Shown here: positions 1-8,740 of the stretch, piece by piece
Layout: every line of letters begins with the position of its first letter
Numbering within the stretch: the first letter of the stretch is position 1
Source: Oscillospiraceae bacterium
GTDB lineage: Bacteria > Bacillota > Clostridia > Oscillospirales > Ruminococcaceae
Reading direction: 5' to 3'
DNA length: 64,000 nucleotides
Assembly: GCA_017550355.1 (NCBI GenBank)
Contig: JAFZPL010000128.1
Location: forward strand, 24,516-88,515
Made by a program: the position numbers and the translations under genes
The notes under the pieces: generated by a model
Seen by the model: only the letters and a program-made list of their open reading frames with translations
What the model was told of the DNA's origin: nothing
Database searches by the model: none

Positions 1-2
1 CG

Positions 3-872
3 GAGCCGGCTGTGCGGGAACCGGTCTTCCGGGTGGCGCAGACGGAAGAGGACAGACCGCGGATCACCCCGCAGGATGCCTCGAAGCTGGATGTGGAACG
101 TCTGCGCGGTGTATGGACGTATATGCCTTTGGAGCGCATGCATATTGAATCCGGAAAGATCGTGTCGGGCGGGCTGTCCCAGATCGAGATCTGTGTTGCG
201 GAAGACGGCGTGTTTTCTGCGTATATGGTCTCGGCTGACGAGTGGAACAAGTCGTATCTCATCGGCAACGGCAAAGTGACGATCGAAGGCAAGGAATATA
301 TATTCCGCCTGGACGACGGCCGTCTGATGCTGTCGGGGCATCCCGCTTCGTTTGAACCGCTGAATACGCTCGAGATCACAGAGCCGGATGATTTATTATG
401 CATCAACCGGTACAGTAACGGCGTGATTCTCTATGACCGGCAGTACCGCCGCGTGGAAAAGGCGCAGGAGAGAGCGCTCAGCAGAAGCGGCGTTGATACA
501 CTCACAGACGGCTGCTGGGAAAACGTCGCCATAGAGAAAAAAGTCCGCGTGTACGATGCCGGCGTGATGGGCGGTTCCTTCGAGTTCTATGTGCCGGGCG
601 AAGCCTTTTATACGAGCGGAAAGGTGTACCTGGAACAGGGGTTTGACAACGAGTGCAAGCTGCATTATTATTATAATTTTTATGATGATGACGGCGGAAA
701 GGAACGGCTGATCCTGAGCATTGATGCAGAAGGCTGGTTTCAGGACAATCTTGGGCGCAAAGGATTGATACTTTCGGAGTGCTGGCATACGTATCTGGCT
801 GATCAGCTCGGTCTCGGCTCCAATCAGTTCTATGAGATGCCGGATCCCGGTTCGCTTAGGGATATGCAATGA
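3..872 (+). CDS. Secreted/cell-surface protein, 5' end cut by window edge; paralog of 891-2063 (module A + module B)
   Basis: Frame is open from the window edge (no stop in 3-11) to TGA 870-872. It aligns along its length with 891-2063, e.g. YDRQYRRVEKAQ vs YDRQYRRAEQAPQ and GKVYLEQGFDNECKLHYYYNFYDDDGGKERLILS vs GKVFLEQGLDNAGELRYYYNFYDEADGKERLILS. Confidence 0.7.
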   Translation, partial: EPAVREPVFRVAQTEEDRPRITPQDASKLDVERLRGVWTYMPLERMHIESGKIVSGGLSQIEICVAEDGVFSAYMVSADEWNKSYLIGNGKVTIEGKEYIFRLDDGRLMLSGHPASFEPLNTLEITEPDDLLCINRYSNGVILYDRQYRRVEKAQERALSRSGVDTLTDGCWENVAIEKKVRVYDAGVMGGSFEFYVPGEAFYTSGKVYLEQGFDNECKLHYYYNFYDDDGGKERLILSIDAEGWFQDNLGRKGLILSECWHTYLADQLGLGSNQFYEMPDPGSLRDMQ

Positions 873-890
873 CTGCAAGGAAGAAAAAAC

Positions 891-2063
891 ATGAAGAAGC
901 ATATGATATTTGCGGCGCTGGCGGCACTCTGCCTGACCGCCTGCAATGAAGAAAAAAAGGATTCCTCGCAGGAGGTGACCACGGCGGCGCAGACCACGGC
1001 AGTCACCCTTGAAACGATCGCCGCAGAGCAGTCTTCCGGTGTGACGGCTGTGACGACGGTTCCGCAGATCACGCAGAAAGCGGAAACCGCTGTCACCGTG
1101 GCAGTGACGTCAGAGACTGCAGACGGGAAAATCACAGTCACCATGCCCGCCGTAACAACGGCGCCGCTGTTTTCCGTGATCAATGATCCGCCGGCTGTGC
1201 CGTTCCCGGACAGCATGAATATACAGCTCGGAGAGGATTCTTTGCGGATCTCCCCGAAGGATGCCGCAAGGCTCGATCTTCAACGGCTGCAGGGCGAATG
1301 GAGCTATCTGCCGTTGAAAGGGATGCCGTATGCGGTCGGGCTGAGCGGGATGTCCGAGGATGACAGGGAGTCTCCGCTTGAGATCCATGTCGCGGAGGAC
1401 GGTGCGTTTTCGGCATATATTCTGGAACGCTGGACCACCCCGAAGCTGATCGCCAACGGTAAGGTCACGGTTAAAAATGAGAGATATGTGTTCCGCTGTG
1501 ATAACGGCAGCGAGATGCTGTCGGCGTATCCAGATCCGGAAGAGCCGCTGAATACGCTCTGTGTGAATGGATCGGATGAGACGCGCTTCAGCCGGTACAC
1601 GGACGGCGTCCTTCTCTACGACCGCCAGTACCGCCGTGCGGAACAGGCGCCGCAGGGAGAGCGCAGCGGCGTCCGCGTCAGCACGCTTGCGGGCTTCAGC
1701 TGGGAATTCAAGAGCTCGGAATTTGATTCGTACCGCTTCCGTGTCTATGATGCGGACGAGATGAGCGGTTCCTTTGAATTCTCGTTTGAGGCGTATATGC
1801 ATCCGGATACCCTGCACACGACAGGCAAGGTCTTTCTGGAACAGGGACTGGACAACGCGGGCGAGCTGCGGTATTATTATAATTTTTACGATGAGGCTGA
1901 TGGAAAGGAACGGCTGATCCTGAGCCTTGAAGCGGAAAACATGATCACGGACGCCGGCGATACAAGAATGATCGCGCTGACGGAGTGTTATCATTTTTTC
2001 GCCGGAGGGCAGGTAGGCACCGGCAAAGCACGGTTTTGTGCGCTGCCGGAAAACGCATCCTGA
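891..2063 (+). CDS. Lipoprotein of unknown function, paralog of 3-872 (T/A-rich linker + module A + module B)
   Basis: N-terminus MKKHMIFAALAALCLTACNEE has a signal peptide with lipobox LTAC. A low-complexity T/A/V linker follows. The start is 18 nt after the upstream stop. Confidence 0.8.
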   Translation: MKKHMIFAALAALCLTACNEEKKDSSQEVTTAAQTTAVTLETIAAEQSSGVTAVTTVPQITQKAETAVTVAVTSETADGKITVTMPAVTTAPLFSVINDPPAVPFPDSMNIQLGEDSLRISPKDAARLDLQRLQGEWSYLPLKGMPYAVGLSGMSEDDRESPLEIHVAEDGAFSAYILERWTTPKLIANGKVTVKNERYVFRCDNGSEMLSAYPDPEEPLNTLCVNGSDETRFSRYTDGVLLYDRQYRRAEQAPQGERSGVRVSTLAGFSWEFKSSEFDSYRFRVYDADEMSGSFEFSFEAYMHPDTLHTTGKVFLEQGLDNAGELRYYYNFYDEADGKERLILSLEAENMITDAGDTRMIALTECYHFFAGGQVGTGKARFCALPENAS

Positions 2064-2131
2064 GCATGCGGTGCCTGAGTCCGTTTTCGTGTTTCCGGTA
2101 TTCTGATTTTGAACCAATGATTCCTGAAAAA

Positions 2132-2175
2132 ATGCAGGCGCAGCAAACGATTTCTGACCGCCTGCATTTTTTTAT
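2132..2175 (+). terminator. Rho-independent terminator after lipoprotein gene
   Basis: atgcaggcg (2132-2140) pairs with cgcctgcat (2159-2167), followed by a run of 7 T. Confidence 0.7.
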
Positions 2176-2250
2176 TTTGGAGTGTAACACTTTTCTGCTG
2201 TTTCCGGACTTAGTAAGTGAAAGCACGGTACCGAATGCTTTGGAAAGGCG

Positions 2251-2814
2251 GTGGCTCAGATGGAAGCTACAGAAATTGCAGCGTTATTACGCGCACAGAA
2301 TGAAAATGCGCTGACTGAAACAGCGGCGCGGTACGGCGGCATGTGTCTGCGGCTGGCACAGAATATCCTCGGAAGCCGCGAGGATGCAGAGGAGGTCGTA
2401 AACGATGTGCTGATGCAGCTCTGGCAGGCTGCTCCGAATGACGCTCCACAGAATCTGGAAGCGTATCTTGTGACGGTCACACGCCGGAATGCACTGAAAT
2501 ATCTGGAAAAGCGACAGGCGTTCAAGCGGGGCGGAAATGCAGCAGCCGTAACAGATGAACTGGATCAGCTGCTTTGTGCGAAAGAGAATGTCGAATCGGA
2601 GTATGATGCACGCACACTGCAGAATGCAGTCAGGCAGTTTCTTCTGACGCTGCCGGACGAACAGCAGACCATGTTCATCCAGCGGTACTGGTATTTCTGT
2701 ACATCACGGGAGATTGCAAAAAATCTCGGTCTGAAGGAAAGCAAGGTGCGCGTGACACTGATGCGCCTGCGCGAAAAACTGAAAACAACGCTTCAGAAGG
2801 AGGGTCTGCTATGA
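2251..2814 (+). CDS. ECF-type RNA polymerase sigma-70 family factor
   Basis: Size ~185 aa. Region 2-like DAEEVVNDVLMQLW. Region 4 HTH-like QRYWYFCTSREIAKNLGLKESKVRVTLMRLREKL. GTG 2251 or ATG 2260 are possible starts; ATG 2260 has better spacing to GAAAGG. Confidence 0.85.
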   Translation: MAQMEATEIAALLRAQNENALTETAARYGGMCLRLAQNILGSREDAEEVVNDVLMQLWQAAPNDAPQNLEAYLVTVTRRNALKYLEKRQAFKRGGNAAAVTDELDQLLCAKENVESEYDARTLQNAVRQFLLTLPDEQQTMFIQRYWYFCTSREIAKNLGLKESKVRVTLMRLREKLKTTLQKEGLL

Positions 2815-4508
2815 AATCGAACGATTTATTGCGCGGGATGGAAGGAATCCCGGAGGATATTCTTTTGCAGAGCATGCCGGAATCCATGCGGAATGCAGAG
2901 CCGTTCCGGATGCAAACAAATCTCATCACAGGTGAAGCAGAAGATGACGCGGAAGTGAACCGTACAGAATGGAAACGCCCGCGCAGACTGCCGTATTATC
3001 TGGTCGGCGGCTGTGCAGCGGCATGCATCTGCGGACTGGCGGTACTGTTTCACAATGCAAAGCCGTCCACCGTACCGGAAACGCCGTCGTCTTCGACCGC
3101 GGTGACAACCGAAATCGGTGTCGCGGTCACGGAGATCACCGGAGCAAAGAATACAGAAATCATAACGAGCAGAGATACGAACGCGACATACACGACATAC
3201 ACAGAGAGTGAAAACACAAACACAACCGCAACAAGCGCCGTCGATTCGCAAACATACAATGTGAAAGATCTTGCGGGAGACTGGTACGTCGGGGAAGAAT
3301 ACTTTCTTCATATTTATAACTGCGACGTCCTGAACGGTTCTTATGATTACACCTATCTGGAATTTATCGGTGAAACGGAACACGCGACGGAAGAAGATCT
3401 CAAAAACCGGAGAAGCAAAGAGTGTACAGGAAAGATTCTTCTGGAACAGGGCACGGACAGCACCGGAATGACGCATCAGTATTTTAACTTCTACGACCAG
3501 AACGGAGCGCTGTTCCTGCGCGGGGACGCAGAGATGATCCTGAAAACAGAAAGCCTCGGCGACATGAACGGTGACGGTCTGACGGATACGGGTGCAGATT
3601 GGGAAATGGAATGGCAGCGGCAGTTTAAGCAACCGGATATTACGCAGAAAAAGCAGATGCTGTATTCGGAGGCATTCCCGGCAGATGCGCAGAAGATCGC
3701 GGGAAACTGGAGACTCGTGTATCCGACCGGCAAGTATCCGGACGGCAGTGATGATCTGGAAACAGTCAGTGAGCTGACTGTGCAGGCAGACGGCAGCTTC
3801 ACGCAGTATTCTGTCCAGGACTATGAACGCGGCGGACAGATCGGCAAAGGAACCGTTTCCGCCAACGGCAATGAATATATCTTCCGCTATGATGACGGAA
3901 CGACCGTGCGGATGGTGCCGAAAACGGAGGATCCGCTGAACGGTCTGACCTTTGTTAAGGGGGATGATGTTCCGTCCTCATCCAATACCTATCTGAACTG
4001 GATTTTCAGCCATGTAAAGGAAACCGGCTGGTTTGAACGGAACAGCAGTGAATATATCCCTTATGACCGGCAGTTCAAGCGCGTCGAAAAGGCACCGCAG
4101 GGCAAGGACAGCAAAATCAGTGTGAAGGCGTGTGCAGGACAATGGTATTCCGGGGAATCGTACAGGCTCAAAATAGATAATTGCAGCGACATAAGCGGTT
4201 CTTATGCTTTCCAGTATCTGGAATATATCGGTGAAGAGGAATACGCGACGGAAGAGGAGATCCGGAACCGGAAATCGCTGGACATCAACGCAAATCTTTA
4301 TCTGGAACAGGGCGTTGACAACACCGGAAAGCTGCGGTATTACTATAACTTTTACGATGAGAAGGGCGAGCTGTTCATGAGCGTGGAGGCAGAACCGCTT
4401 CAGGAAGAGAACTTCACATCCTTTCGGTGTGACTATTTCTGGATGTGCTCATGTCCAGGAGAGCGATGGGAACGGATACCGGACGGATTTGGCTATGATT
4501 GGGATTAA
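2811..4508 (+). CDS. Putative anti-sigma factor / transmembrane sensor with B-A-B repeat-module ectodomain
   Basis: The ATG overlaps the sigma stop (ATGA at 2811-2814). Single TM LPYYLVGGCAAACICGLAVLF after a ~70-aa cytoplasmic part, then a T/S-rich linker. The C-terminal part repeats motifs of the upstream paralogs (YDRQFKRVEKAPQG; LYLEQGVDNTGKLRYYYNFYDEKGE; ILLEQGTDSTGMTHQYFNFYDQNG). No zf-HC2 motif seen. Confidence 0.7.
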   Translation: MKSNDLLRGMEGIPEDILLQSMPESMRNAEPFRMQTNLITGEAEDDAEVNRTEWKRPRRLPYYLVGGCAAACICGLAVLFHNAKPSTVPETPSSSTAVTTEIGVAVTEITGAKNTEIITSRDTNATYTTYTESENTNTTATSAVDSQTYNVKDLAGDWYVGEEYFLHIYNCDVLNGSYDYTYLEFIGETEHATEEDLKNRRSKECTGKILLEQGTDSTGMTHQYFNFYDQNGALFLRGDAEMILKTESLGDMNGDGLTDTGADWEMEWQRQFKQPDITQKKQMLYSEAFPADAQKIAGNWRLVYPTGKYPDGSDDLETVSELTVQADGSFTQYSVQDYERGGQIGKGTVSANGNEYIFRYDDGTTVRMVPKTEDPLNGLTFVKGDDVPSSSNTYLNWIFSHVKETGWFERNSSEYIPYDRQFKRVEKAPQGKDSKISVKACAGQWYSGESYRLKIDNCSDISGSYAFQYLEYIGEEEYATEEEIRNRKSLDINANLYLEQGVDNTGKLRYYYNFYDEKGELFMSVEAEPLQEENFTSFRCDYFWMCSCPGERWERIPDGFGYDWD

Positions 4509-4593
4509 AGCCGAAGACAAAGCAGGAAGCAGACAATACGCCTACAACGAATATGAATATTGCGGTGAGCCGGAGAATGAATGCGGATTCCCC

Positions 4594-4622
4594 TTGACAA
4601 TGCGCGGAAAATGTGGTAGAAT
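4594..4622 (+). promoter_or_regulatory. Sigma-70 type promoter of rnpB
   Basis: TTGACA (4594-4599), 17-nt spacer, TAGAAT (4617-4622), preceded by TGG (extended -10). The predicted TSS at ~4629 coincides with the P1 5' arm. Confidence 0.75.
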
Positions 4623-4628
4623 AAGGAT

Positions 4629-4995
4629 TGTGAGCAGACTGTGCTGCCGCGGCGGCGTTTTAGCCGACGAGGAAAGTCCGGGCATCACAGAGCAGGATAA
4701 CTGCTAACAGCAGCCGGAGGCGACTCTAGGGCAAGTGCAACAGAAACAGACTGCCGTATTTCGGTACGGTGATGGTGGAAAGGCGGGGTAAGAGCCCACC
4801 GGAGCGTATGAGAATACGCTGCCCTGTAAACCCTATCCGATGCAACGCTGATTGGTGCAGGTGGTCATAACGTCTGCTCGGCGGATCATCTGCAAAGGCG
4901 GCTTGAACGGTTCGGCGACGAACCGGCTAGATAAATGGCAGCGCATGTTTCCTTTGGAAACAGGACAGAACCCGGCTTACAGGTCTGGTCACATC
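4629..4995 (+). ncRNA. rnpB: RNase P RNA (bacterial, type A-like)
   Basis: Universal motifs GAGGAAAGTCCGGGC (4669-4683) and ACAGAACCCGGCTTA (4965-4979). The P1 stem tgtgagcagactg (4629-4641) pairs with caggtctggtcaca (4980-4993). Also GGTAAGAGCCCACC. Length ~367 nt. Confidence 0.9.
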
Positions 4996-4998
4996 AAA

Positions 4999-5031
4999 AG
5001 CCGATGCGAACTTGCTCGCGTCGGCTTTTTT
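4999..5031 (+). terminator. Rho-independent terminator of rnpB
   Basis: agccgatgcg pairs with cgcgtcggct (10 bp, one G-U, 8-nt loop), followed by TTTTTT. Confidence 0.8.
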
Positions 5032-5045
5032 CATGGGAGGAACAT

Positions 5046-5720
5046 ATGGTAAAGGTAACGATAAAAGGCACAGAATACACGGTCGAGGGTACATTTGATT
5101 TCGGCTATATCGGACTGTTCCGGGACAAACAGATTGACCTCTATAATCTGGAGGAAATCGTTCTGGTTCCGGAGGAAGACCGCGAGGGAGATTACTGGGA
5201 CAGAGCAGTCAAGACCTTCGGAATTAAGGGAACATCGGACGAAGCAGTTTCCGAAGCACTGACACTTTATATCAACAACTTTGAAGCAAAGGTGCAGAAG
5301 CATATCAAGGAGATCAACAATAACCTCATTGCAAAATTGGCGGAGCATTGGCAGGACTGCGGAACGCCGTTCTGGGATGAAAGCGGCGAGCTGTCTCTGC
5401 CGGAGCATATGGCGGAATTTGAGGCAATTCAAGCAACGGACGAGTTTGAAGAAACGATTGATGAGATCGTGGCTGACTATATTGACGAGCCGAATAACGG
5501 CACAAAGGAAAAGTGCGACGCAGAGGCAGAGATGCGGCGGCTGTTCCCAATATTTGACTGGGATAAATTCCTCAGCAATATGAAGCCGAAGTGTGTATGC
5601 CCGGAATTTGACGGTCATATGGGCTTTGATGTTAGTGACGGGTTCGGTTTCCATACTTTCTGCTCTGCGGTTGCCGAGCTGGATGATGAACTGCGCTTTC
5701 TGCGCTGGGATAATATGTAA
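5046..5720 (+). CDS. Hypothetical strongly acidic cytoplasmic protein (tandem paralog 1)
   Basis: ATG 5046 lies 6 nt after GGGAGGA. The upstream part of ORF 4935-5720 runs through rnpB and its terminator, so it is not coding. 224 aa, no TM or signal, D/E-rich. Paralog of 5808-6482. Confidence 0.8.
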   Translation: MVKVTIKGTEYTVEGTFDFGYIGLFRDKQIDLYNLEEIVLVPEEDREGDYWDRAVKTFGIKGTSDEAVSEALTLYINNFEAKVQKHIKEINNNLIAKLAEHWQDCGTPFWDESGELSLPEHMAEFEAIQATDEFEETIDEIVADYIDEPNNGTKEKCDAEAEMRRLFPIFDWDKFLSNMKPKCVCPEFDGHMGFDVSDGFGFHTFCSAVAELDDELRFLRWDNM

Positions 5721-5807
5721 GGTAATACCTGCATCCATCTTTGCGTTCGGGAGACTGTATTCCCGTGCGCAAACACGAAAGCAGCAAGAAGAAAGAAGAA
5801 AGAAAAA

Positions 5808-6482
5808 ATGGTTCAGGTAACAGTAAAAGGGACAGAATACACGGTCGAGGGAACATTTGATTTCGGTTATATCGGATTGTTCCGGGACGAACAGATTGAA
5901 CTCAATAATTTGAAGTACACTGTTCTGGTTCCGGAAGAAAAACGTCGGGGAAAGCGGTGGGACGAAGATGCTGCGATTTATGGCATCAAGGGAACATCGG
6001 ACGAAGCAATTTCCGAAGCCCTGACAAACTATATCAACAACTTTGAAGCAAAGGTGCAGAAGCATATCCGGGAAATCAATAATAACCTCATCGCGCAAAT
6101 GGCGGAACAGTGGCAGGCGTGCGCAACGCCGTTCTGGGAGGCGAGCGATGAATTATTTCTGCCGGAGCATATGGCGGAATTTGAGGCCATCCACGAAACG
6201 GACGAGTTTGAGGCAACCATTTCGACGATTGTGTGTGATTATATCGAGGAGCCGAATAACGGCACAAAGGAAAAGTGCGACGCAGAAGCAGAGATGCGGC
6301 GGCTGTTCCCGATATTTGACTGGGACAAATTCTTAAGCAATATGAAGCCGTCCGCTTTATACCCTGCATTCAACGGCAATATGGGCTTTGATATCAATGA
6401 CGGCTTCGGGAGCGATATTTTTTGCGAAGCGGTTGCCGAGCTGGATGATGAACTGCGCTTCCTGCGCTGGGACAATATGTAA
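5808..6482 (+). CDS. Hypothetical strongly acidic cytoplasmic protein (tandem paralog 2)
   Basis: Same length (224 aa) and collinear with 5046-5720. Long identical peptide stretches, e.g. GTEYTVEGTFDFGYIGLFRD, YINNFEAKVQKHI, EPNNGTKEKCDAEAEMRRLFPIFDWDKFLSNMKP, AVAELDDELRFLRWDNM. Confidence 0.8.
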   Translation: MVQVTVKGTEYTVEGTFDFGYIGLFRDEQIELNNLKYTVLVPEEKRRGKRWDEDAAIYGIKGTSDEAISEALTNYINNFEAKVQKHIREINNNLIAQMAEQWQACATPFWEASDELFLPEHMAEFEAIHETDEFEATISTIVCDYIEEPNNGTKEKCDAEAEMRRLFPIFDWDKFLSNMKPSALYPAFNGNMGFDINDGFGSDIFCEAVAELDDELRFLRWDNM

Positions 6483-6548
6483 GAGGGGAGCCCCCGCCGG
6501 CAATTTCGCAAAGACAAAGGTACAGCGCAGTAACGGAGGAATGAATAT

Positions 6549-7406
6549 TTGAGCCGCATGACACTGAACGTGGACGGCGATGCGCCGCGCACACTGGGCG
6601 ATTTCCTGCGGAAGGAACACGGCATTTCCGCAATGACTGTCCGGCGGCTGAAAAATGTGCCGGACGGCGTGACAAGACGCGGCGATCTGGTGCGAACGGT
6701 GGACGATGTGTTCCCCGGCGATGTGATTTGTCTCCATCTGCCGGAGGAATCGCCGCACGAAAAAAATTTTGAGATGCAGATTCCGGTGCTCTATGAATCG
6801 GAGACGGCAATTGTGGTGAACAAGCCGGTGAATGTGCCGTGCCACCCATCCATGCTCCACCGGAATGATACGCTTGCGAACTGGTTTGCAGCGCATTATC
6901 CGGAGGACGGCTTTCATCTGGTCGGGCGGCTCGACCGCAATACCTCCGGCGCGGTGCTGATTGCGAAGAATACCATTGCCGCACACGCACTCCCCGATTC
7001 GGTCTCCAAGCGCTATTTCGCGCTGATTCCGCCGGGGCTTTCGGGCAGCGGCATGATCGACGCGCCGCTCGGCCGTACCGCGGAATCGGTCATCACGCGC
7101 TGTGTGCGGCCGGACGGGCATCATGCGGTCACGGAGTATGAAGTGATTGGCGGGAATGAGACGTGCACGCTCGCCGCGCTGCGTCTGCGCACCGGCAGAA
7201 CGCATCAGATCCGCGTCCACATGGCGTATATCGGTTATCCCCTGCTCGGCGATTCGCTCTACGGCGGCGACTGCTCGCTGCTCTCGGAGCATGCGCTGCA
7301 CTGCGGGGAGATCACGTTCTGTGATCCGGCAGACGGGCAGACGGTCACGGTGAAAGCACCGCTGAGGGCGGATATGCAGGCAATCTTAGGTGAAGAATAT
7401 GTTTGA
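6549..7406 (+). CDS. RluA-family pseudouridine synthase
   Basis: Motifs GRLDRNTSGAVLIAK (catalytic Asp) and TGRTHQIRVHMAYIGYPLLGDSLYGG. TTG 6549 is 8 nt after GGAGGA; ATG 6558 is an alternative start. Confidence 0.85.
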   Translation: MSRMTLNVDGDAPRTLGDFLRKEHGISAMTVRRLKNVPDGVTRRGDLVRTVDDVFPGDVICLHLPEESPHEKNFEMQIPVLYESETAIVVNKPVNVPCHPSMLHRNDTLANWFAAHYPEDGFHLVGRLDRNTSGAVLIAKNTIAAHALPDSVSKRYFALIPPGLSGSGMIDAPLGRTAESVITRCVRPDGHHAVTEYEVIGGNETCTLAALRLRTGRTHQIRVHMAYIGYPLLGDSLYGGDCSLLSEHALHCGEITFCDPADGQTVTVKAPLRADMQAILGEEYV

Positions 7407-7719
7407 TGAGATTTTGCAGACGGTGAAGGTCTGGCTGACCACGATGCAGCTTCAGTATACGGACATCACGGTGACAAAAATCAGCCATACGCCGCACGGT
7501 CTGACGGTACATATGGAATCAGGGAGGTATATCGCGCAGCTCAATGTGTCAGAGCCGGATTTCCGCCCCTACCGGTATGCGGAATTCTATATTCTGGACG
7601 CGGAAAAGGAGATTGACAGCCCGCCCGCATATCTTTTTCAGGATAAAGACGGCGATTCCGTGCAGGATATCATAGGTGGGCTGACTGCCGGCATCCATCT
7701 GATGGCAGGCGATACGTAA
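7390..7719 (+). CDS. Hypothetical small protein (109 aa)
   Basis: ORF overlaps the end of the rluA-like gene (GTG 7390 or ATG 7399). No recognisable motif. Confidence 0.55.
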   Translation: MKNMFDEILQTVKVWLTTMQLQYTDITVTKISHTPHGLTVHMESGRYIAQLNVSEPDFRPYRYAEFYILDAEKEIDSPPAYLFQDKDGDSVQDIIGGLTAGIHLMAGDT

Positions 7720-7729
7720 GAGGCTCCCC

Positions 7730-8692
7730 ATGTGTATTGACTGGAAACTGGAAAAGACAGCGCCGGCATTTGCTGAGATCCGCGCCGCGCAGAAGACTGT
7801 CCGCTCACAAAATACACTGGAAACGCTGTTTGTGTTTGCAGGGCTGCATCTGTTCTCGCTGCTGCTGATGATGGGCTGCAGGCGCATTTTACTGGCGGTC
7901 GGGGCAGCGTTCTGCGGCGGTACGCTTCCGGCATATGCGGCGGAGCTGATTTTGCTGGGCTGTACGGGCATCCCGATCCTAAGCTATTTCGCATATGCGC
8001 GGTATATCGAACAGCGTTCCCCGCGCACGATGGGCTTTCTGCGGCGCGGCGCGCTTTGGAAGTACGCGGTCGGAGCGCTCGCGGGAACGGCAATGACGGC
8101 GGGTGCGGTCATGATCCCGTATCTGCTCGGTGCAGCGGCGTATGGCGGGAGCACGCCGGAAAACATCCTGCCCGTGCTGGGGCTCCTCCCCTTCTGGATG
8201 ATCCAGGGGCTGAGCGAGGAACTCGAATTCCGCGGCTATTTCATGCTGACGCTCGGCCTGCACGCCTCTCCGCTTTCGGCGGTGTGCATCAGTGCGCTGG
8301 CGTTTTCGCTGGCACATATCGGCAATGCGGGCATCACGCATTTTGCTTCAGTGAATCTCCTGCTTGCGGGCATTCTGCTCGCGCTGATCTTTCTGCGGAC
8401 GGGTAGCATCTGGTGCGGGGCTGCACTGCATACCTTCTGGAATCTGGCACAGGGCAATCTGTTCGGGATTTCGGTAAGCGGCGGAGAACAGAGCGTGTCA
8501 GTGCTGCACTATGCGCCGGTGCCGGGCGCGGAGAAATGGATCTCCGGCGGCGATTTCGGCATTGAAGGCAGCATCGGCTCGGCGGCGGTCTATCTGCTGG
8601 CGATCCTGATTGTATGGCTGCTTCCGCAGGCAGCGGGAAACGCACGCGGCGGACAGCGCCCGCATCCATCTCCGCGTTCCGGGAAAATCTGA
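7730..8692 (+). CDS. CPBP-family intramembrane glutamic endopeptidase (CAAX protease / Abi-like)
   Basis: Multi-TM protein with the three family motifs: SEELEFRGYF, FSLAHIGN, HTFWNLAQGN. Confidence 0.85.
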   Translation: MCIDWKLEKTAPAFAEIRAAQKTVRSQNTLETLFVFAGLHLFSLLLMMGCRRILLAVGAAFCGGTLPAYAAELILLGCTGIPILSYFAYARYIEQRSPRTMGFLRRGALWKYAVGALAGTAMTAGAVMIPYLLGAAAYGGSTPENILPVLGLLPFWMIQGLSEELEFRGYFMLTLGLHASPLSAVCISALAFSLAHIGNAGITHFASVNLLLAGILLALIFLRTGSIWCGAALHTFWNLAQGNLFGISVSGGEQSVSVLHYAPVPGAEKWISGGDFGIEGSIGSAAVYLLAILIVWLLPQAAGNARGGQRPHPSPRSGKI

Positions 8693-8740
8693 ATGGAATC
8701 CCCTGCTGATTTTTATATAACCAAAGGAGAATGAGTTGTT

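Noticed and set aside
2176-2250. ECF-type autoregulated promoter upstream of the sigma gene (tgtaaca-N16-ggactta).
   Set aside because: It does not match a defined ECF -35/-10 pair (no GAAC...CGTC-like combination), and I have no second copy for comparison. It is too speculative to call.
4429-5052. ORFs 4429-4707, 4852-5052 and the 5' part of 4935-5720.
   Set aside because: They overlap the RNase P RNA and its terminator. The real downstream CDS starts at ATG 5046, behind its own SD.
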